From an uncultured Gammaproteobacteria bacterium (GTDB lineage: Bacteria > Patescibacteriota > Microgenomatia > Levybacterales > UBA12049), in the NCBI GenBank assembly GCA_964544105.1, contig CAZIZQ010000004.1, positions 1-39,695 on the forward strand: a DNA stretch of 39,695 nucleotides, read 5' to 3'. The notes beneath the pieces were generated by a model, which saw nothing but the letters and a program-made list of their open reading frames with translations, searched no databases and was not told where the DNA came from. The number at the start of each line of letters is the position of its first letter. Position 1 is the first letter of the stretch. A program made the translations under genes and the position numbers. This document shows, piece by piece, positions 33,955-39,695 of the stretch.

Positions 33955-35025
33955 TTATACTTGACTCTGTTTTGAGATATTTAATAATACCCCAACCGCG
34001 CACAAATCAATAACTAATGAAGATCCTCCGTAAGAAATAAACGGAAGAGGAATTCCAGTAAGAGGAATAAGTGCCGTTTGCGCGGCCAGATTCATTAAAA
34101 TCTGCACCGCCAGAAACGAGATAATCGTCCCAGCCAGAAGCCTGCCAAACGTATCTTTTGCCAAAAGAGCAATACGATAACCTCTCCAAATAAATATTAT
34201 ATACACCATAATAAGCATCACAGATCCCATAAAACCCAATTCCTCTGCAAGAATGGCAAAAATAGAATCAGTGGTATTTTCTGGTAGATAGGCGTATTTT
34301 TGCAAGGAATTTCCCAAACCCACGCCCGTTAAACCACCCATGCCCAATGCAATTAAAATCTGCTTAACATGATAAGAAGACGGTGATGTTGAATCCAAAG
34401 GAGAAAGAAATGCCGTTAAGCGGCTTAGGCGGTATGGCTCAAGTTTTATAAGAATATATCCACCAATTGCAATTGCTGGAAAAAGCAAAAGTAAAGATGC
34501 AATACTCCCTCCCGATAAAAAATATGCAATCAGTGCCTCAAATAAAATAATACTTGCTGTTCCCATATCTGGCTGCAACATAATAAGGCCAACGACCAAT
34601 CCCAAAAGCAACAAAAATGCCAATAACCTGCCTTTTTCTTTTTTAGAAAACCAGGCGGATAAATAAATGGCTAAGGCAAATTTTACAAACTCTGCCGGCT
34701 GCAAAATAAAAACACCCGTATTAATCCACCTCCGTGCTCCTAAAGCATACACACCAACGCCTGGGATAAATACCAATACCAAAAGCAATAAAGCAACAAG
34801 CAGAAGTGGCAATGATAAAGCATAAAATTTTTTGTAGTCAAAAAAAGAAAAAAACAATAGTCCCCCAAATCCTAATGCAGCCCAACGGGTCTGCTCTTTT
34901 ATATAATGAAATTTATCCCCAAAGTCTCGAAAGGCAATAAAGGACGAGGCGTCAAAAATCATCAGCAGTCCAAATAAGGTCAATACGACTACAACTGCTA
35001 GAAGCACTGCATCTATTCGTTTCAT
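33955..35025 (-). CDS. ftsW: SEDS-family lipid II flippase/polymerase FtsW
   Basis: FtsW/RodA/SpoVE motifs (LPENTTDSIFA, PLPFISYGGSS). Located between mraY and murG. Confidence 0.85.
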   Translation of the reverse strand: MKRIDAVLLAVVVVLTLFGLLMIFDASSFIAFRDFGDKFHYIKEQTRWAALGFGGLLFFSFFDYKKFYALSLPLLLVALLLLVLVFIPGVGVYALGARRWINTGVFILQPAEFVKFALAIYLSAWFSKKEKGRLLAFLLLLGLVVGLIMLQPDMGTASIILFEALIAYFLSGGSIASLLLLFPAIAIGGYILIKLEPYRLSRLTAFLSPLDSTSPSSYHVKQILIALGMGGLTGVGLGNSLQKYAYLPENTTDSIFAILAEELGFMGSVMLIMVYIIFIWRGYRIALLAKDTFGRLLAGTIISFLAVQILMNLAAQTALIPLTGIPLPFISYGGSSLVIDLCAVGVLLNISKQSQV

Positions 35026-35026
35026 G

Positions 35027-36043
35027 TTACCCGACTTTGATAAACGCTAGGTATAGCCCAATAATCGCAAAAACAAATCCCAAAAGCCATGCCCGCATAA
35101 CAATTTTTGGTTCTTCCCAGCCGCGTTCTTGCAGTAATAAATGCAGAGGCGATGCGGGAAAAATTTTTCTTCCCAGAAAACGCTTGCTAAGAATTTGTAT
35201 AAGAGAAGACCCTACTTCTAAAATAAACACACCACCAATAACAGCAAGCGCTAAAATTTTTCCGGTTAGTAGCCCAATAACTGCTAATACTGCGCCTAAG
35301 GCAAGCGACCCAACGTCTCCTAGCCAAATACGCGCAGGATAAATATTGAAATACAAAAACGCCATTATGCTACCCATAAGCACTGAAATAAAAACACCAA
35401 GCGCGTTATCTAATTGCTGGGAAGAAATTATTAGAAACGCGCCAAGACAAATAAGTAAAACTCCAGGCGCCAAACCATCTAATCCATCTGCTATATTAAA
35501 TGCATTAGCAAAGGAAACAATAACAAACGCGGCAAAGGGGACGAACAAAAACCCCAAACTTGCCAGTCCAAACCCATGAATAAAAATAAAGGTAAAACCA
35601 AGTTTGTAATAAAAGACCGATGAAATAACAAGAGCCAAAACCCACTGTATAAAAAATTTATGCCTAAAACGCAGTCCAAAAAAAGGAGACCTGTTGCCAT
35701 TGGCAAGCTTTTTCATGTCGTCATACAAACCTAACACTCCAAAGCCAATGAAAGTAAAAAGGAGTACAAAAAGCTCCCACGGTTTTACCTCTATACCAAA
35801 AATGCCATATGACCAAAGGGTAAGTACAGAAACAATAATAATAATCAAAATACCCCCCCCATATGGGGTGCCTGCTTTCCAGGCATGGTGCTTGTCGAAA
35901 AGCGGAGTCCGCTTTTCAAACATATCCTTGGTTTTCTGATGCTGCCGCTGCAGTTTTATTTTGTACAGAAAATCAATAAACGGCACGAGTAAAATACCCG
36001 TAATAAAAAACGACAAAATCGTTAGACCCAAAACCTGCGCCAT
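35027..36043 (-). CDS. mraY: Phospho-N-acetylmuramoyl-pentapeptide transferase
   Basis: NAFNIADGLDGLA, DVGSLALGA, and 10 TM helices. Confidence 0.95.
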   Translation of the reverse strand: MAQVLGLTILSFFITGILLVPFIDFLYKIKLQRQHQKTKDMFEKRTPLFDKHHAWKAGTPYGGGILIIIIVSVLTLWSYGIFGIEVKPWELFVLLFTFIGFGVLGLYDDMKKLANGNRSPFFGLRFRHKFFIQWVLALVISSVFYYKLGFTFIFIHGFGLASLGFLFVPFAAFVIVSFANAFNIADGLDGLAPGVLLICLGAFLIISSQQLDNALGVFISVLMGSIMAFLYFNIYPARIWLGDVGSLALGAVLAVIGLLTGKILALAVIGGVFILEVGSSLIQILSKRFLGRKIFPASPLHLLLQERGWEEPKIVMRAWLLGFVFAIIGLYLAFIKVG

Positions 36044-36082
36044 AGATATGTATTATACTCCCAAATAGCTCCGTAAGCAAAG

Positions 36083-37102
36083 TTAATATCCCTTTCTCCA
36101 AGTAGAGATACGTTCGATTAAATTTGTTTTCCAATATGAAAAAGTTAATGGGAGATCCTGGGCATGGAGCAGTTCTACCCGTTTTCCACCAAACCCCATC
36201 TTAAAAAGCGACAAACCATACCATGGATGACTTTTTCGGTCATCTGATGCGATGCCCCAAAAATTATACATACTCATCCCCTGCTTTTTTGCCTCCCGAA
36301 TTGCTTCCCACTGGATTAAATACGATGCCGGAACATCTCGAAACTCATTGTCCGACGCGCCATGGCGGTAAATTGCCATTTTCCCAACAAACGCAATAAT
36401 TGCCCCACTGATAACTTTTCCATTATAGGTTGCCAAAAAAAGCAATTCCTCATCATTTTTTGAAAACACATCAAATTCTTCCCTAACACCTTTATGCGGC
36501 ACAAAATGTTTGCGTTTGGACAAATCTTTATACAACGGAAAAAACTTGGCAAGGTCGATTGTGTCTTTGGAGACAGATATTTTTATATCCATCCCTATGG
36601 CTTTTTTAATAAGATAACGATGGGTTTTTCGCATTTCTTTCAAGAGCATATCTTCTGTTTTTGTAATATCCAAAACCCAACAAATTTCGGCATCCATATT
36701 GTGCATGGCGCTATCTCTAAGACCTCGTTTTCGTAAATTTGTAAAATCCACGTACTCCTTTGGCACAACCGGACTTATGCGAATAAACGACGCCCCTTCT
36801 TCGGTAGCCAACTTTTTGGCGTAATCAATAATTGCATCAAATGTATCCCAATTAAAAGGCAAAAGCACCGGCCCATGACGCAAATGTAAATATGTACCTC
36901 GTTTTGCAACAACTTTTACCAGCTGGCAAATCGCCAGAAGCTTTCCTCCATCATATACTCCTATATGCCATATACCATATGCCATATACCGCAATGCCTC
37001 TCCCCATTCCCACGATTGGAAAAAAGGATAAAACACTACCTCTTTTTGCAAAAGAAAATCGTCCCATATTTTCTTTTTTGTGATGCTACTAATTTCTACC
37101 AT
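36083..37102 (-). CDS. FemAB-family peptidoglycan bridge-formation (aminoacyl)transferase-like protein
   Basis: Size (~340 aa) and motif pattern (FFQSWEWGE, YLHLRHGPV, THRYLIKKAI, YNFWGI) resemble FemX/FemAB/MurM enzymes. Lies inside the dcw cluster. Confidence 0.65.
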   Translation of the reverse strand: MVEISSITKKKIWDDFLLQKEVVFYPFFQSWEWGEALRYMAYGIWHIGVYDGGKLLAICQLVKVVAKRGTYLHLRHGPVLLPFNWDTFDAIIDYAKKLATEEGASFIRISPVVPKEYVDFTNLRKRGLRDSAMHNMDAEICWVLDITKTEDMLLKEMRKTHRYLIKKAIGMDIKISVSKDTIDLAKFFPLYKDLSKRKHFVPHKGVREEFDVFSKNDEELLFLATYNGKVISGAIIAFVGKMAIYRHGASDNEFRDVPASYLIQWEAIREAKKQGMSMYNFWGIASDDRKSHPWYGLSLFKMGFGGKRVELLHAQDLPLTFSYWKTNLIERISTWRKGY

Positions 37103-38312
37103 AAGTTTTTATAAAAGCAATAACTCGATCAAGATCTTTTTTTGGCAAAGTTGGATGGGTCGGTAAGTTAATTATTTTTTGGGCAATTTTTTCTGCTTTT
37201 GGACATGACCCCTTTATGTAGTAAACGTTTTCCAACACTACACCTTTGGGATCAATAATTTCACTGTACCACGTCCCAAGATAAATATGTTGTTTTTTGG
37301 CTGCCTTCAATAAATGGTCCCTATTATTTACAAACATAGGAAAGCGTAAAAGTGGCGACTCCTGCTTATTGCCATTCTCCCCAAACGCTTCCAGATACGA
37401 AGCAGTTGCCTCTTTCCGCTTACTATTAAAATCAAACAGTCTAGACAATTGAAACAATGCCAGTTTTGCCAAAACATTTGGCATCTTTTTCATAAAAACT
37501 GAGGGGGTAATTCCTTTTTTTTCTTCTGCAAAAACAGGAAAAGATAAAAATTTTACTTTTTGCAGCGAGACTAAAATTGCTTTGCCAATATCAAAAAAAT
37601 CGTAGAGCGGCAAAATAATACTGGATGCAATTGGATGTAATAACTGTTGTAAAACCCAAAAAATAGACGGGTAATTTTGGGCCTCTTGAATAGTCCGTAA
37701 ACGATCTACAACTGTTTTATCTTTGGCTATTGCCATACCGCCAAACACCGATGAAAACGCTTTATCCCGTCCAAAACTAAAAATTGCAGCCGTGCCAAAA
37801 GTACCCAGCTTTTTTCCTTTATAAGTACCGCCAATGGTATGCGCGCAATCTTCTATAACCACAAGGTTATGTTTTTTGGCAATTTCCATAATTTTATCCA
37901 TGCTCGAAGGTATACCAAAAGTATGCTGCACAATAATTGCCTTTGTTCTTTTCGAAATGTTTTGCTCGATACTTTTTGGATCAAGGGTTAACGAGTCTGT
38001 TATATCTGCATAAACAGGCTTCCCGCCGCATGCAGTTATTGCATTTGGCAAAACTACGCAGGTAAATGCCTGTAAAATCACTTCATCGTCCTTACCAACT
38101 CCGACTGATTCCAGTACCGCACGTAACGCCCCTCTTCCGCTTGCAAAAGAAATAGCAAAAAACGGAGAAAAAAATGTGTCAAACCATTCTTCGAGCCTCT
38201 TCGAATCGCTACCCGTTAACCAGTTATGGGGAGTAAATAACAAACGCAATGCTAACAAAACATCTTTGCTTTCAAGATTTGGAGAAAATCCAATAGCAAC
38301 TGTTTGTTTCAT
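37089..38312 (-). CDS. DegT/DnrJ/EryC1/StrS-family PLP-dependent aminotransferase
   Basis: IEDCAHTIGGTYKGKKLGTFGTAAIFSFGRDKAFSSVFGGMA contains the family's active-site Lys context (SF...K). Confidence 0.8.
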   Translation of the reverse strand: MKQTVAIGFSPNLESKDVLLALRLLFTPHNWLTGSDSKRLEEWFDTFFSPFFAISFASGRGALRAVLESVGVGKDDEVILQAFTCVVLPNAITACGGKPVYADITDSLTLDPKSIEQNISKRTKAIIVQHTFGIPSSMDKIMEIAKKHNLVVIEDCAHTIGGTYKGKKLGTFGTAAIFSFGRDKAFSSVFGGMAIAKDKTVVDRLRTIQEAQNYPSIFWVLQQLLHPIASSIILPLYDFFDIGKAILVSLQKVKFLSFPVFAEEKKGITPSVFMKKMPNVLAKLALFQLSRLFDFNSKRKEATASYLEAFGENGNKQESPLLRFPMFVNNRDHLLKAAKKQHIYLGTWYSEIIDPKGVVLENVYYIKGSCPKAEKIAQKIINLPTHPTLPKKDLDRVIAFIKTYGRN

Positions 38313-39619
38313 AAAATTTTCTCAAGTGACAACCCTGCCTCTTTTCCTTCAAATACCACTACATCTCCTTTTTTTGTCCGACTGATAATGTACTGGGCAA
38401 TAACAGATGGGGTACCGACAAAAATCACGCATTTCTTTTCTCCCTCCCGTAATCCCGTCCGCAAAGAAGGCAGATAATTTGTATTTGTTACCAATAAAAA
38501 ATCACACACATCACCAATTGCCCGCCCTATGTTTCTATGCTCCTCTTTAGCAGATTTTCCTAGCTCTATCATTGGCTGCAGCACCAACAGTTTTTTGCCA
38601 GAATATAAACTCATATAATCAAGGGCTGCGCGCACCGAATCCGGGTTGGCATTAAATGAGTCATCTATTAAATTTACCCCTCCAATTTCATGCCTGGTCA
38701 TTGTTTGCCCAGGCAACGAAAGCATTGAAACAGCATCAGCAATTTCAGTATCGGTCATCCCTAGATATGAGGCTAAATAAATACCAGGGAGCATATTTTC
38801 GATATTGTGCTTACCAAGAATTGGTGCCGAGAGGACAAGTTTTTTTCTATTTATCAGTACCTCAAACGTCGAATAAGTTTTTTGGACAACAATATTTGTT
38901 GCTGTTACTGCATTTTTTTCTTTTTCTCCGGCACAAACATATAATACTTTTTTCTTTTCTGTCTTTTCATACAAACGGCGCGCATTAACGTTATTACCAT
39001 TAAATAAGGCCAGACCATTTTTAGGCAAAGATTCAATCAGCTCGTATTTTGCCTCCATTGTGTTTTCCAAACCACCAAACAAAGAAGCATGCTGCTGGTT
39101 AACTGCGGTCAGAATGCCTATTTTGGGACGCACAATCCGGCAAAGCTCTGCAATTTCACCCTTTTTGTATGCTCCCATTTCAACAACAAATATTTCTGTA
39201 CCTTTTTGCAGTCCCGAAAGAATCGCGTTTGCAACCCCAATTGGAGTATTATTCGTCCCCTTTGTTTTTGCCACACGGAATTTTTTTCGTAAAACTTGGG
39301 CAGTAAATTCTTTTGTCGTGCTTTTCCCATAACTACCGGTTACGCCAACTACCAAGAGCTTTTTGTGCTCCCGTATCTTTTCTACAGCCCGGGCAATCTT
39401 AAAATCCCGTTGCATTTCAGTTGGAAAAGAGAAAAAATAAACAAACCCTGCAACAATTAGTGGAATAAGTCTATCAAGAAGCAGCAACCAAATCATTCGT
39501 TCAGGAAGTATCCAAAAAAACAATGTGACAACAAAACAACTCAATAAAACAATCGCTAATGCTTTAACTGTTGGTCTTGGTCGTTTTAATACGCGATTTC
39601 TTACTTCCTGCACAACCAA
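38309..39619 (-). CDS. murF: UDP-N-acetylmuramoyl-tripeptide--D-alanyl-D-alanine ligase with hydrophobic N-terminal region
   Basis: P-loop GVTGSYGKSTTKEF and the MurF signature LIDDSFNANPDS. The first ~70 aa are TM-like helices. The frame remains open upstream of the TTG at 39619 all the way to the window end, so the true 5' end may lie outside the window. Confidence 0.8.
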   Translation of the reverse strand: MVVQEVRNRVLKRPRPTVKALAIVLLSCFVVTLFFWILPERMIWLLLLDRLIPLIVAGFVYFFSFPTEMQRDFKIARAVEKIREHKKLLVVGVTGSYGKSTTKEFTAQVLRKKFRVAKTKGTNNTPIGVANAILSGLQKGTEIFVVEMGAYKKGEIAELCRIVRPKIGILTAVNQQHASLFGGLENTMEAKYELIESLPKNGLALFNGNNVNARRLYEKTEKKKVLYVCAGEKEKNAVTATNIVVQKTYSTFEVLINRKKLVLSAPILGKHNIENMLPGIYLASYLGMTDTEIADAVSMLSLPGQTMTRHEIGGVNLIDDSFNANPDSVRAALDYMSLYSGKKLLVLQPMIELGKSAKEEHRNIGRAIGDVCDFLLVTNTNYLPSLRTGLREGEKKCVIFVGTPSVIAQYIISRTKKGDVVVFEGKEAGLSLEKIL

Positions 39620-39695
39620 AAATGCTTGAAACAGAAAAAGAAAACTAACACCTACCTGATATAGCTGTAAAAAAGAAGAATGTAAAGCAATATAT

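Noticed and set aside
1-39695. Alternative genetic code (UGA recoding, as in some candidate phyla)
   Set aside because: TGA terminates pyrE, pyrF, pyrD and thiN at family-typical lengths. All conserved genes are intact under the standard code.

Overview
39,695-nt AT-rich, very compact bacterial window. It uses the standard genetic code: TGA, TAA and TAG all end ORFs at family-typical lengths, and there are several 4-nt ATGA start/stop overlaps. Gene content and style (minimal dcw cluster, long glycosyltransferase cluster, giant surface protein, vitamin-salvage operon, few regulators) resemble a Patescibacteria/CPR-type genome; that taxonomic guess is inference only.

Gene order:
- atpC (3' end)-pyrD-pyrF-pyrE (+), then tRNA-Thr(CGU) (-) and an Ig-repeat envelope protein.
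- A ~11-kb minus-strand surface-glycan cluster (3615-14623): a Wzy_C/O-antigen-ligase-like protein, five glycosyltransferases (one frameshifted), a Wzx-type flippase, one hypothetical membrane-anchored protein and two SAM methyltransferases. It is interrupted at ~5650-7073 by a GC-rich two-ORF island and a DUF3800-like single-gene cassette bounded by ~20-nt direct repeats.
- A 1047-aa multidomain surface protein.
- A divergent sigma-70 gene co-oriented with a 256-aa orphan.
- A TPP riboswitch driving a thiY/Z/X-like ABC importer plus thiamine pyrophosphokinase.
- tRNA-Val(CAC), lepB, then minus-strand parB-rpmA-rplU-rodA-ileS and two small membrane proteins.
- A minus-strand division/cell-wall cluster: ftsZ-ftsA-ftsQ-like-murG-ftsW-mraY-femAB-like-degT-like-murF.

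The most unusual sequence-level signals are:
(i) GC-rich paired palindromic boxes (CACCTCSGAGGTG) translated in-frame at three loop positions of two adjacent glycosyltransferases.
(ii) Heptanucleotide tandem repeats inside a glycosyltransferase and inside ileS, plus a perfect 16-nt palindrome in murG.
(iii) The composite island/cassette in the glycan cluster.

All functional calls come from motif recognition by eye on the supplied translations. No database search, HMM, covariance model or folding program was run.
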